Origin: an uncultured Gemmatimonadota bacterium
GTDB lineage: Bacteria > SM23-81
Reading direction: 5' to 3'
NCBI GenBank assembly: GCA_964584035.1
Contig: CAZOYL010000044.1
Span: forward strand, 1-18,699
DNA: 18,699 bases
In this document: piece after piece, positions 9,049 to 18,179 of the stretch
How the letters are laid out: each line of letters begins with the position of its first letter
How positions within the stretch are numbered: position 1 is the stretch's first letter
Notes under the pieces: generated by a model
What the model saw: only the letters and a program-made list of their open reading frames with translations
Databases searched by the model: none
Told to the model about the DNA's origin: nothing
Program-made: the position numbers and the translations under genes

Positions 9049-10444
9049 GGTACCGCACCTCATCGTCTGCCGGCGGCAACCGGTCATATAGATGGTCGAA
9101 TATACCGGCCAGATCGCCGGTGAGCCGTTTGTTTTCAAACCGCCTGAGAAAGTCCGCATCCGCAGCCGTCGTCCGCCGGCCGGTTAAAAAACGGTCGTAG
9201 AGATCCACAATGGTTTGCTTGATGGCCTGTCTGTCATCGGGATCCGCCACCACCCCGGCCCCGGTTTCCCGGATCAGATCGGCGGCAGCGCCGGAAGGTA
9301 CCAGCCCCAGGATGGGTCTTCCGGCACCCAGATACTGAAACAGCTTCTGGGTGTAGGTCCCCTGGCATCGTTCCGACCGGTTGATGAGCAGCAGCAACGC
9401 GTCTGCAGCCTTCATATACCGCAGGCTCATCCGGTGGGGTACACGGCTCCTGAAGCGCACATCCGCCCGGAACTTCCTCCCCTGCAGCCACTCCCGTTCT
9501 CTCTGGCCGCGGATGTTGCCGATAAAAAAGGCCGTGATCTCCCCGAGCAGATCCCTCCGCTCGGTGACCAGCTCATCCAGAGCCTGGAGGAAGGTCCGGC
9601 AGCTGATATCATCCCACAGTGTGCCCAGGTAGGCGATCGAAAACCGGCCGGACAGCCGCTCCCCTCGCTCCATGCCGGTGAAATCGTCGGGGTCGAACCC
9701 GTTGGTGATGACCGAAAACCGTTCACCGCGGCCGTTCCGGCCATAGACTTCCGTGAGACTGTGCACGATCGGCCGGCTGACCGAGACGATTCGGTCAGCA
9801 GCGGTCATGGCTGCCGCCTCCATTCGCCGCTCGATCCAGACCCGCCACCGGGGCGCGGCCGGCACTCCCCTCTGGCCCGTGACCCAGGCGTCCTTGAAAT
9901 CGGCCACCCAGGGTTTGCCGGTCAACTTCTTCAGAAAAAGGCCCACCAGATGTGCGGAATTGGGATGGGAAACGGTATAGATAAGCTGGCACTGGTTCCG
10001 CCAGAGCAGGGGCAGTGCCCTGGCCAGGGCGAAGGGCAGCCAGCCGATGGCATGATCGGGGATCAACAGACATCGGGACACCCACCGGGCCACCTTCCCC
10101 GGGAGCCCTCGGCGGAGCCGGTCGACTTCGTTCACATCAGCACCATCTGTTTCGGCGAGGTGGGCTCCGGCCTCACAGATCCGGTTTCTCCGCAGCACGG
10201 TCTTCAGGCCATGCCGCCATCTCAGCAGCCGGACCGGCTCCAGGGTAGCCGTTTGATAGATCTGCGTCCGGGAAGGAATCTGTTCGAGGATGGTCCGGTC
10301 ATATGTTTTGCCGTAGGGATGCCGGGCCGATAGAATGACCGGCTGCCAGCCAAAGGAGGATAGATAGCGGACGAACTTCAGGGTCCTCAGATTGAAGATG
10401 CCCATCAGGCCGTAATCGACGATCAGCACCTGTTTCATATGCAT
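9029..10444 (-). CDS. GT4-like (GT-B) glycosyltransferase
   Basis: RTLKFVRYLSSFGWQPVIL, IPDHAIGW, KPWVADFKDAW, ITNGFDPDDF, KLFQYLGAGRPIL. Start is 10444 or 10438. Confidence 0.85.
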   Translation of the reverse strand: MHMKQVLIVDYGLMGIFNLRTLKFVRYLSSFGWQPVILSARHPYGKTYDRTILEQIPSRTQIYQTATLEPVRLLRWRHGLKTVLRRNRICEAGAHLAETDGADVNEVDRLRRGLPGKVARWVSRCLLIPDHAIGWLPFALARALPLLWRNQCQLIYTVSHPNSAHLVGLFLKKLTGKPWVADFKDAWVTGQRGVPAAPRWRVWIERRMEAAAMTAADRIVSVSRPIVHSLTEVYGRNGRGERFSVITNGFDPDDFTGMERGERLSGRFSIAYLGTLWDDISCRTFLQALDELVTERRDLLGEITAFFIGNIRGQREREWLQGRKFRADVRFRSRVPHRMSLRYMKAADALLLLINRSERCQGTYTQKLFQYLGAGRPILGLVPSGAAADLIRETGAGVVADPDDRQAIKQTIVDLYDRFLTGRRTTAADADFLRRFENKRLTGDLAGIFDHLYDRLPPADDEVRYHANCRA

Positions 10445-10489
10445 TGACTTTCTCTCTGAAACGGAGATCCGGCAGCCGGCTCTCAGCCC

Positions 10490-11683
10490 TCAGGCGGCCA
10501 GAGAACGATACAAGCGCAGGAGCTCCCGGGCCTCCCGGTCCCAGTTATAGCTTTCCAGGACCGCCATTTTCCCCCGGCGGCCGAATTCCCGGCGGCTTTC
10601 TTCATCCCGGATCAGCCGCCGGATGGCATCCGCCAGATCCCTGTCATCACCGGACCGAAAGACCAGACCGCTTCCGGTCTCACCGACGATACGCTGCAGG
10701 GGCCGGCAGTCGCTGACCACCACCGGTTTCTCCAGGTACATGTATTGAAACAGTTTGTGGGGCACGGTGGTGTCCGTGTGCTCATTCTTCAGATGGGGCA
10801 CCACGCAGATATCGGCGGCCCCTATCAGTTGGCAGATCTGGTCGAAGGGCCGCCAGGGGAATATCTCAATGCGGTCGATCACCCCCAGCCGGCGGGCCAA
10901 TGTCTGCAGCGGCCGATGGTCATCGCCTCGTTGTCCCACCAGCATCAGCCGGACCCTCTCCTGCCGGAGATGTTTGAGGGCGCGGATCAGACACTCCAGT
11001 CCCCGGAGTTTCCCGAACCCCCCAACATAACAGACGATGAGGGCATCATCTCTGCGCACCTGAGTGAAACCATCTACGGAGGCAGGAGAACCCTGATAAC
11101 GACCCGTATCCACCGTGTTGGAGACCACCCTGACCTTCTCCCCCGAAAGCCCGCCGGCCAGCAACCTTTCTCTGGCTTCCTCCACCACCACGATGACGGC
11201 GGCCGCCCGGGGCAGGCATTCCCGCTCATAGGCCCGCCACCTCCGCGGACGGCTCAGGGGTCTGACATAAAAAGGCGCCCGGTAGTGGACCACGGCGGCC
11301 GGATAGTTCTCATGCAGATCGGCAACCAGGGGTATATGTCTTTTCTCCGACAACCTCAATCCGGTTCCCACCAGAGGAAGGTCATGAATATGAAGGACGT
11401 CGATGCGGCTGTTGTGTACGAAACGTTCCATCTGTTCATAGAACAGCGGATGAAAGAAATGCCAGTAGAAGGCGGCATGGCTGAACGCTTTCCGATGAAA
11501 AGAGTGGTCTCGCCTGTTGAACCGGCGAACGGCGAGATTCCCGACCAGTTCCTCTCGCGGTCTGGTGCCGTTGCCGGGGCACAGCAGCGACACCGAGTGC
11601 CCGGCTGCGGCCAGGGAACCGGCCTCTTTTTCCACCCGGATATCGGGCGGAAAGTCGTTCTCCAGGATCATACCGATATTCAC
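10490..11683 (-). CDS. GT4 family glycosyltransferase
   Basis: FPPDIRVEKEA, HIHDLP, ADLHENYP, YVGGFGKLRGLE, PHKLFQYMYLEKPVVVSDC, YNW. Start taken as GTG 11683 (GTGA overlap, AAGGA 6 nt upstream) rather than ATG 11689. Confidence 0.88.
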   Translation of the reverse strand: MNIGMILENDFPPDIRVEKEAGSLAAAGHSVSLLCPGNGTRPREELVGNLAVRRFNRRDHSFHRKAFSHAAFYWHFFHPLFYEQMERFVHNSRIDVLHIHDLPLVGTGLRLSEKRHIPLVADLHENYPAAVVHYRAPFYVRPLSRPRRWRAYERECLPRAAAVIVVVEEARERLLAGGLSGEKVRVVSNTVDTGRYQGSPASVDGFTQVRRDDALIVCYVGGFGKLRGLECLIRALKHLRQERVRLMLVGQRGDDHRPLQTLARRLGVIDRIEIFPWRPFDQICQLIGAADICVVPHLKNEHTDTTVPHKLFQYMYLEKPVVVSDCRPLQRIVGETGSGLVFRSGDDRDLADAIRRLIRDEESRREFGRRGKMAVLESYNWDREARELLRLYRSLAA

Positions 11684-12849
11684 GGGCATTCCTTTCCGGC
11701 CGGATCTCCAGTGGTCAGCAGTTCCGTCAGAGCCATGATATAGGAGCCGACCTCATACGTACCGATGAACTGCTGTCCATTGAGGAACAGATTCCCTTCC
11801 GGTGTCATCACGCGCAGGGGCACCCCGAGGCCGCTGATCTCCACCAGATCCCGCTCCAGGACATTGCCGCCGAACAGCCAATCCATTGCCCGGGAGACCT
11901 CCCGGCCGTAGTCACGGTCTCCCCCGGCCCGCTCGTAGTGACAGACGGCGTTGACGAAAAAGGTCTGATGGCAGGCGAAGAGAAACCGCCAGGCCGGCGT
12001 TCTGCCATTGACCCGCTCGATCAGCCGGGATCTGAGCCGGCGCAACAGCGGCGGGCTGTCCCAGAGAAATGCTCCGTTTTTCAGCATATGACGCTTGACG
12101 ACGGCATTCAGAGCCATCTCCATGCGGGGCAGACAGGCCCGGTCTGACAGGACATCAGCGGCCTCACCCAGGGCCCAGAGAGCGTACATCTGGTTTTGAA
12201 AATTCCGGGTGGTGGAATTTCCGAAAAGAAAAAGGCCGGACTTGTCCTGCCTGGCCAGGATGCTATCGGCCGCTTTTTCAATGTCGCCGCGCAGCCCCGC
12301 ATTCTCTTCATATCGATGGAGAAAACACCAACCGTACAGCAGCAGGCTGTCCTCGCTGTTTTCGAAATGATATCGTGTGGCCGAATGCTTGTGGAGAAGA
12401 CGAGCCGTTTCCCAGCACTCTGTGTCCCAAAACAGATCACCGGCCAGGCTGAAGGCAACCGTCAGGGGACCCAGCCCATAGCTGGGAATTTGATCCATGA
12501 TCTGCGGTGAACGGCAATGATTCTGGAAATATGAAAGCTGGGCTCTGATATTCTCATCGTAAGCATCATCCCCTACGGGAGAGGTTCTCCACCGCATAAC
12601 GCCCATAGCGGCAAAGGGGGCATATCTCCACTCGACGGCATAATCCGGCTGCCAGAAGAGCCGGCCGCTTTCGTCTGCCTGATAGTTCAGCGCCCGGATG
12701 ATCCGGCCGCCTTCCTGGTCCCAAAACCCGGTCTGTTCTACAGGACGGAAGAGGGCTTGCAGAGCTCGGCGGAGGTACGTTCTGTATCTCGATTTTTCTT
12801 TTACAGGTTCTGCTGTTTGAAACGGCTTCACATCAGAGACGGGGCTCAA
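11680..12849 (-). CDS. Uncharacterised protein, probable (alpha/alpha)-toroid (six-hairpin glycosidase / prenyltransferase-repeat-like) fold
   Basis: 389-aa ORF tightly packed between operon genes; TTG start with GAGGTG SD. Helix-hairpin repeats end in ILARQDKSGLF, HMLKNGAFLW and AMDWLFGGN. No signal peptide evident. The CDS is well supported; the fold is inferred. Confidence 0.65.
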   Translation of the reverse strand: MSPVSDVKPFQTAEPVKEKSRYRTYLRRALQALFRPVEQTGFWDQEGGRIIRALNYQADESGRLFWQPDYAVEWRYAPFAAMGVMRWRTSPVGDDAYDENIRAQLSYFQNHCRSPQIMDQIPSYGLGPLTVAFSLAGDLFWDTECWETARLLHKHSATRYHFENSEDSLLLYGWCFLHRYEENAGLRGDIEKAADSILARQDKSGLFLFGNSTTRNFQNQMYALWALGEAADVLSDRACLPRMEMALNAVVKRHMLKNGAFLWDSPPLLRRLRSRLIERVNGRTPAWRFLFACHQTFFVNAVCHYERAGGDRDYGREVSRAMDWLFGGNVLERDLVEISGLGVPLRVMTPEGNLFLNGQQFIGTYEVGSYIMALTELLTTGDPAGKECP

Positions 12850-12852
12850 TGC

Positions 12853-13548
12853 TCACCTCTTCTCCAGAGCGGCGACGATATAACCGGCCTTCTGCCATAG
12901 TCCTTTACGGGTGTAGGAATCGCTCCATCTCCGGCATACCTCCACCAGCGGTCCTTGAAGACTTCGGGGGACGCAGGATGAGAGGCCGTAAAAGATCCTG
13001 GGCGGTTGAAACAGCAGGGCTCGATCCTTGAGTCTCCACTGCTTCCCGTCCATCAGATGAGTCAACTCTTCGACCCGGTAATATTTGAATTTCCGGGCGC
13101 TTTCCGGCGTGTGATAGGGTGACTGAACGGTGGGCACGGAAAAGGCGAACAGACCGTGTTTTTTCAGAACCCTGTGGACCTCGGCGGTGAGTCCCTCCAC
13201 ATCGAGAAAGAGCCAGTCGTAGGGCCCGATGGAGACCGCCCCGTCGAAGCTGTCCGACGCAAAGGGCAGCCGGGGATGGGCAGCATCGATGATGGCAAAA
13301 CCGTCCACCGTTGCTGACATCAGCTCTTTGGCCAGGTTGCTGGCCCCCACAGAGACATCCACCCGGATGACCCGGTCGGCATCGATCCCGGCCGTCACCC
13401 TGGATTCGCTGGCGATATCCAGGACCGTGCGTCTTGACCTCAAAAAACACAGGGCCGCATTTCTCTCGGCATCCCGCAGGTACTGCACCAGGGGCGTGGT
13501 GGGCGGTTGCCGGACCCACCTGGTCAGTATTCGCGCCCTATCGTCCAC
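12853..13548 (-). CDS. Class I SAM-dependent methyltransferase (Methyltransf_11-like) with degenerate motif I
   Basis: VLDIASE (motif I position), RVDVS (post-I acidic residue), LPFASDSFDGAVS (motif II), EVHRVLKKHGLFAFS (motif III). GTG start with GGGAG SD; 11-nt overlap with wzx. Confidence 0.78.
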   Translation of the reverse strand: MDDRARILTRWVRQPPTTPLVQYLRDAERNAALCFLRSRRTVLDIASESRVTAGIDADRVIRVDVSVGASNLAKELMSATVDGFAIIDAAHPRLPFASDSFDGAVSIGPYDWLFLDVEGLTAEVHRVLKKHGLFAFSVPTVQSPYHTPESARKFKYYRVEELTHLMDGKQWRLKDRALLFQPPRIFYGLSSCVPRSLQGPLVEVCRRWSDSYTRKGLWQKAGYIVAALEKR

Positions 13549-14818
13549 TCGATGACTCCCTTCTGAACCGGGAGTAATAATAGCAATAGAGGGAAAAGTG
13601 AGTGAATCGCCCCCCCAGGGTGGCTACCGCCGCCCCCATGGCTCCGTAAAGGGGAACCAGCACGGCATTTCCTAAAACGTTTGCCACGGTGCTGAAAAAA
13701 GCCACGTTACGGACCCACTTTCCCCGTCCCTTGGACTCGATGAACATGCCAAAAGGCTGGTACATCCCCTGGAAAAAGCAGGCCAGCGCCAGCAACGGTA
13801 TCAGCCGCACGATCGGCAGAAATCGTTCGGTGAACAGTGCCGTCACCAGAAAACGCCCCAGCAGCACCAGGCCCAGCACACCGGTTCCCAGCCACAGAAA
13901 GTTGAACAGAATGACACACACAGGAATCCTGTCTCGATGTGCAAAACCTTTGAACAGGGCTGTGGAAAGAGAATGGGAGAGCATCACCAAAGGAGCTGTG
14001 ACGCGGCTGGCCAGGGAGTAAAATCCCAGTTGGGTGGTGTTGACAAAATAGGTGATGAACATTTGATCCAGTTGATAGGTAGACTGATCGGCGATCTGGC
14101 CCCAGTACAAATGCAGACCGTATTCCCTGTTCTTTTTCAGCACGATAGAGATATGTTCTCGAACCCGCTGGAAGGATGGCCGCAAGACCGCGCCCATGAC
14201 CACCACCGTGATGATGACGGCCGCCAGATTCATGGCCAGCAGCTGCGCAATCCCGAGACGGGTCATTCTGAACGCCAGCAGGGTCAGGATACCTAAAACG
14301 AACAGAGCCTTGGGCAGTATGTTGAACCAAAACAGCTGATAGATTTGATTGGTCCCCCGGTAGATTTGTGGAAAGAGAAACTGAAACGGAAGAGAGATGA
14401 CCAGGGGAGACAGGATTCGCAGGAGACCCTGAACCTCTGTTTTGAAGATCCGGTCGACAAGAAAACTGGACAGAAAGATGAAGAGTCCATAGGCCAACCC
14501 GACCAGCAAGGCGATGATCAGGAGAGCGCCAATCAACTCCCTTTCGTTCTGACCAACTCTTGACCGGGCCAGAAGCAAGCCCCCCGAGCTGAACAACCCG
14601 AAGCGAAAAAACAGAACGCAAAATCCCGTAATGGTCAAGAAGAAGGCCAGCACGCCGTAATCCCGCGGCCCTAAAATTCTGGTGCTGAAACTGATGGCCG
14701 CCATGGCCAGAAGGATGGTCAGGATCTTCGAGAACAGCAGTACGGCGGTCTGTCTGGCCGTTCGCGACCGGGCCAGAACGAGGTTACGGTGATAAAACGA
14801 ATTCAAAGCACTCCTCAT
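13538..14818 (-). CDS. wzx: Wzx oligosaccharide flippase (MOP/PST family)
   Basis: About 12 hydrophobic segments; TRILGPRDYG, LDQMFITYF...LGFYSLA, NAVLVPLYGAMGAAVAT. Confidence 0.88.
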   Translation of the reverse strand: MRSALNSFYHRNLVLARSRTARQTAVLLFSKILTILLAMAAISFSTRILGPRDYGVLAFFLTITGFCVLFFRFGLFSSGGLLLARSRVGQNERELIGALLIIALLVGLAYGLFIFLSSFLVDRIFKTEVQGLLRILSPLVISLPFQFLFPQIYRGTNQIYQLFWFNILPKALFVLGILTLLAFRMTRLGIAQLLAMNLAAVIITVVVMGAVLRPSFQRVREHISIVLKKNREYGLHLYWGQIADQSTYQLDQMFITYFVNTTQLGFYSLASRVTAPLVMLSHSLSTALFKGFAHRDRIPVCVILFNFLWLGTGVLGLVLLGRFLVTALFTERFLPIVRLIPLLALACFFQGMYQPFGMFIESKGRGKWVRNVAFFSTVANVLGNAVLVPLYGAMGAAVATLGGRFTHFSLYCYYYSRFRRESSSGR

Positions 14819-14886
14819 CTCTCCGATGGATTTTTTCTCCGCGCCGGTGCAGCATATGAGATTCCGGAAACCCGCCAGCGCCTATT

Positions 14887-17151
14887 CTATGCGGCCACGG
14901 TTTTCTTTCTCCGCTCCCTGCGGCGGACTTTCTTGCCCTGCTGAGTGTAATAGGAAGAGTACCGGTAGTAGTAGCCATGTCGACCGTAGATCCTCTCCAT
15001 CTGGACGTTGTTCAACACCACGCCGAAGATCCTGGCATTGACGCGCTGCAGAAGCTCTTTGGCCTGCCGGACGGCAGCCTCCTCGGTCTTGCCCGACTGG
15101 ACCACCAGGGCGACACCATCGACCTCTGTGGACAGCAGGGCGGCATCGGTGACGGCAATGACCGGCGGAGTGTCGAACACGATGGTGTGAAATTCGCCCT
15201 TCAGCAGAAACAGCAGTTCCTTCATCTTCTGTGAAGCGAGCAGTTCGGCCGGATCGGGCAATATGGTCCCGCTGGGTAACAGCCACAGATTCGGTCTTTC
15301 GGTTTTCTGGATGGCCGAGTGCATATCGACCGACTCGATGAGAACATCGGCCAGACCGGGCTCGTTGATCCGGCCGAACAACCTGTGCAGCATGGGTCGC
15401 CGCAGATCGGCGTCGATCAGGAGCGTTTTCGCCCCGAGCTGGGCGATGGTGATGCCCAGGTTGGCGGCCGTGAGAGTCTTGCCCTCCCTGGGCAGAGCGC
15501 TGGTGATCAACAGCGTGCCCAGTGGCCGGTCCATATCCGCGAATTGGAGATTCGTCCGCAGGCTGCGGTAGGCCTCGGCGGCCGCAGACTTGGGGCCCTG
15601 GAGCGATACCAGCTGATCTGAGGCTCCGGTTTCACCGTCCTTTTCATCCCTTTTTCCTTTGATCGCCGGGATCATGCCCAGCGTTGACAATCCGATCACC
15701 TGCTCTACATCCTCGCTGGTCTTGACGGAAGTATCCAGGGATTCTAAAAATATCGCCAGACCGATGCCGGCGGCCGATCCCAGAACGATGCCCAGGATGA
15801 TATTGACGGCTTTACGTGGTCTGACGGGTGATTCCGGGGGCACCGCCGGGTCGATGATCCGGATATCGCTGATCTTGGCCGCCTCGTTGATCCGAGCCTC
15901 CTCGGCGCGCTCCAGCAACATCATGTAGGTTCGATTGTTCACTTCCTTGGTTCTGGTCAGCTGGGCCAATTGCATCTCTTTCTCGGGAAGGGATTCCAGT
16001 TTGCGATCATAGCTCTCGACGATTTTACCCAGGGCGGATTCCCGTGCCTTGAAAGCGTGATAATCCACGCCCAGCATAACCGATTCCTCGAGAAAGCTCT
16101 CGATCTGCGACAGCGGCTCAATGAGATTCTTGCCCTGGGCCACCTTGAGCATCTCCTCCGTAAGGCTCTCCTTGGTATGCTCGATCTGCTGCTTCAGATT
16201 GACCACCTGGGGATGATCCGGCGGGTAATCCTGCACCAGCAGGGTGGTGTACTGGACCTCCAGATCGACCAGCTGCTCCTTCAGTTTCTGGGTCCACGGG
16301 CTGGTGATGTCGGTGATGGCCGGGACAATTTCCTGGCGCTGCTCGGCGATCTTCCGCAGGACATAGTCGAGCCGCTGGTCGGTTTCCATTCTCTCGGCTT
16401 TAGCCCTGTTATACAGAACCTCCGCCTCCGTCATCCGCCGCAGGATCTCCTGGGACTCCTGGTCCAGGTAGGTCACCCGGTTGGCTTCCTTGAAATCCCT
16501 CAGCGAATGTTCCACCGATTCGAGCTGCTGACCCACGATCTCTATTTGCGATTCGACGAACTGGCGCAGTCCGCTGCTTTCCTCCCGTTTCACCTGTAAA
16601 CGCCTTTCGCGGAGGACCTGACTGACGGTATTGGCGATGGTGGCCGCGGCCACGGGATCGCCGGCCCGCACCTTCACGCTGATGATATCGGCATCCCGCA
16701 CCGGCTTGGCTGATATCTGCTGGCGAATATGGCGGGCCGCCAGCATTTCCCTGTCCATCATCGATGGTGAACCATCCGGGACTAAATATCCGTCGATCAC
16801 CCAGGACGGCAGCGCACCGGCAACCTCCTCGGAAAGGGTGCGGGAAATGATCTCCTGGATCTGATTGGTGATGATACTTCTTCCATACATGTTTCTGGGA
16901 ATACCTACAGCCGGAACGATTTCCCGATTTTCTTCGAACACGATGATCGTCTCGGCTTCATAGACGGGCGGGGTGGTATGATTATAATACATGACCGGAC
17001 CCAGCATGAGACAGAGACAGAGCGGGATCAGCCATTTTCTCCGGCGCAAGGCCCGGGCGAAATCAAGAAAGGTGGCCTGACGGCCTCCCTTTTCCGCGGG
17101 CCCGGCGGGTGTTTTCGGGCCGCGTTCCAGATAACATTCGTTATCGACCAC
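14887..17151 (-). CDS. wzc: Wzc/GumC-type polysaccharide co-polymerase with BY-kinase domain (PCP-2a)
   Basis: Wzz-like N-terminus (RRRKWLI, TPPVYEA), long coiled coil, IIDPAVPPESPVRP plus TM, AEAYRSLRTNL, Walker A SALPREGKT, LIDADLRRP, Walker B IVFDTPP, Tyr cluster YGRHGYYYRYSSYY. Start revised from 17241 to GTG at 17151 (AGGAGG 7 nt upstream). Confidence 0.93.
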   Translation of the reverse strand: MVDNECYLERGPKTPAGPAEKGGRQATFLDFARALRRRKWLIPLCLCLMLGPVMYYNHTTPPVYEAETIIVFEENREIVPAVGIPRNMYGRSIITNQIQEIISRTLSEEVAGALPSWVIDGYLVPDGSPSMMDREMLAARHIRQQISAKPVRDADIISVKVRAGDPVAAATIANTVSQVLRERRLQVKREESSGLRQFVESQIEIVGQQLESVEHSLRDFKEANRVTYLDQESQEILRRMTEAEVLYNRAKAERMETDQRLDYVLRKIAEQRQEIVPAITDITSPWTQKLKEQLVDLEVQYTTLLVQDYPPDHPQVVNLKQQIEHTKESLTEEMLKVAQGKNLIEPLSQIESFLEESVMLGVDYHAFKARESALGKIVESYDRKLESLPEKEMQLAQLTRTKEVNNRTYMMLLERAEEARINEAAKISDIRIIDPAVPPESPVRPRKAVNIILGIVLGSAAGIGLAIFLESLDTSVKTSEDVEQVIGLSTLGMIPAIKGKRDEKDGETGASDQLVSLQGPKSAAAEAYRSLRTNLQFADMDRPLGTLLITSALPREGKTLTAANLGITIAQLGAKTLLIDADLRRPMLHRLFGRINEPGLADVLIESVDMHSAIQKTERPNLWLLPSGTILPDPAELLASQKMKELLFLLKGEFHTIVFDTPPVIAVTDAALLSTEVDGVALVVQSGKTEEAAVRQAKELLQRVNARIFGVVLNNVQMERIYGRHGYYYRYSSYYTQQGKKVRRRERRKKTVAA

Positions 17152-17248
17152 GATTCTTCCTCCTGAAAGGATCTGCTTGCATTCCCCGTATTCCACATAT
17201 TCTCTGTCGATACTTTTCAGCGGCCGGGCGAACCTTTGCACCCGAATC

Positions 17249-17746
17249 TTATTCCCTGGTCAGCCAGTAGTAAACGTTGGCGATGATGGCCACATCGGCT
17301 ACCACACGGATGGCCGTTCTCCATTTCGACCAGCCGTTGCGCGAGACCCTGATCACGTCCCCCTTTTGGAGCTCCAGCACGACCTGATAATTTTCCTTGT
17401 CCAAGAACCTGTTCAAATTGACCTTGAAGGCTCGCTCCGATCCTGACGAGTTGTGAGTCACTTTCACCTTGCCGAGATTCGCATACTCGGTCGGGCCGCC
17501 GGCTTTGGAAATAAGCTCCAGGATATTCGTTCCCGCCGGCACGTGATACTCTCCGGGCTCCCGCACTTCCCCCCAGATATGGACGACCATCTGAAGCTGA
17601 GCCCGGCAGGGCATCGGCCCGGCGAGGATAAACACCGTCATGATGGAGCAGAATAATAGAACCGCCATTTTCGGCTTCATCGTCAATCCGCAGGTTTGCC
17701 GCCGTCCGGCGAGATGACGACCGACGAAAAAATTACAGCTTCTCAC
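17249..17746 (-). CDS. Small SLBB (beta-grasp) domain protein, Wza/OPX-like export component
   Basis: Hydrophobic signal (AVLLFCSIMTVFILAG...CRA/Q), SLBB motif VHIWGEVREPGEY...LELISKAGGPT...LQKGDVIRV, C-terminal helix WSKWRTAIRVVADVAIIANVYYWL. Start revised to GTG 17746 (AGGAGG 6 nt upstream); ATG 17680 is an alternative. Confidence 0.8.
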   Translation of the reverse strand: MRSCNFFVGRHLAGRRQTCGLTMKPKMAVLLFCSIMTVFILAGPMPCRAQLQMVVHIWGEVREPGEYHVPAGTNILELISKAGGPTEYANLGKVKVTHNSSGSERAFKVNLNRFLDKENYQVVLELQKGDVIRVSRNGWSKWRTAIRVVADVAIIANVYYWLTRE

Positions 17747-18179
17747 TGCACACCTCCTGTTGATGGTAACGATCGATCTCGTTTCCATTCCCTGTCTTTC
17801 CGTTTGTTGTATCATACCCGACGATATCCACGATGAGCTACCAGAGACCGGATGAGCTGACTGCCTGATTTCTTCTCAGACTCTGTTTCAGTGATTTATT
17901 GATTTTAATAGCAAAACAATCTTTTCGACTGAAATATGAACGAGCAATATCTGTGACAAAGCGTGTAGGATATATTCTGAAAGCATTGTCCTATTATCTC
18001 TTACAACCTCTACCCGCCTTTCGCCTTTGCCATTAACCCATTTTTGAGATAATCGGCAGCCGTTGACCGGGTCTTCGCTGAAAAACAGGGTTTCTTGGAT
18101 GAACAGGAGCTGGAGATCTTCAGAGCCGGAGGCGTGGGGGGATCGATAGAGATGTTGGCGGGACGGCTGGACTGGCGAC

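Noticed and set aside
13707..15286. Alternative-frame minus ORFs inside wzx and wzc (13707-14621, 14882-15286)
   Set aside because: Nested in well-supported genes; no sign of a frameshift in the main frames.
3160..16864. Long plus-strand ORFs (e.g. 3160-4089, 6326-7180, 9215-10333, 10745-11743, 15970-16599)
   Set aside because: Antisense shadows of GC-rich genes with clear family motifs; no recognisable domains.
17820..17850. Minus-strand GGTAGCTCATCG resembling a tRNA 5' end or att duplicate
   Set aside because: No anticodon arm or T-loop follows; the match is too short.
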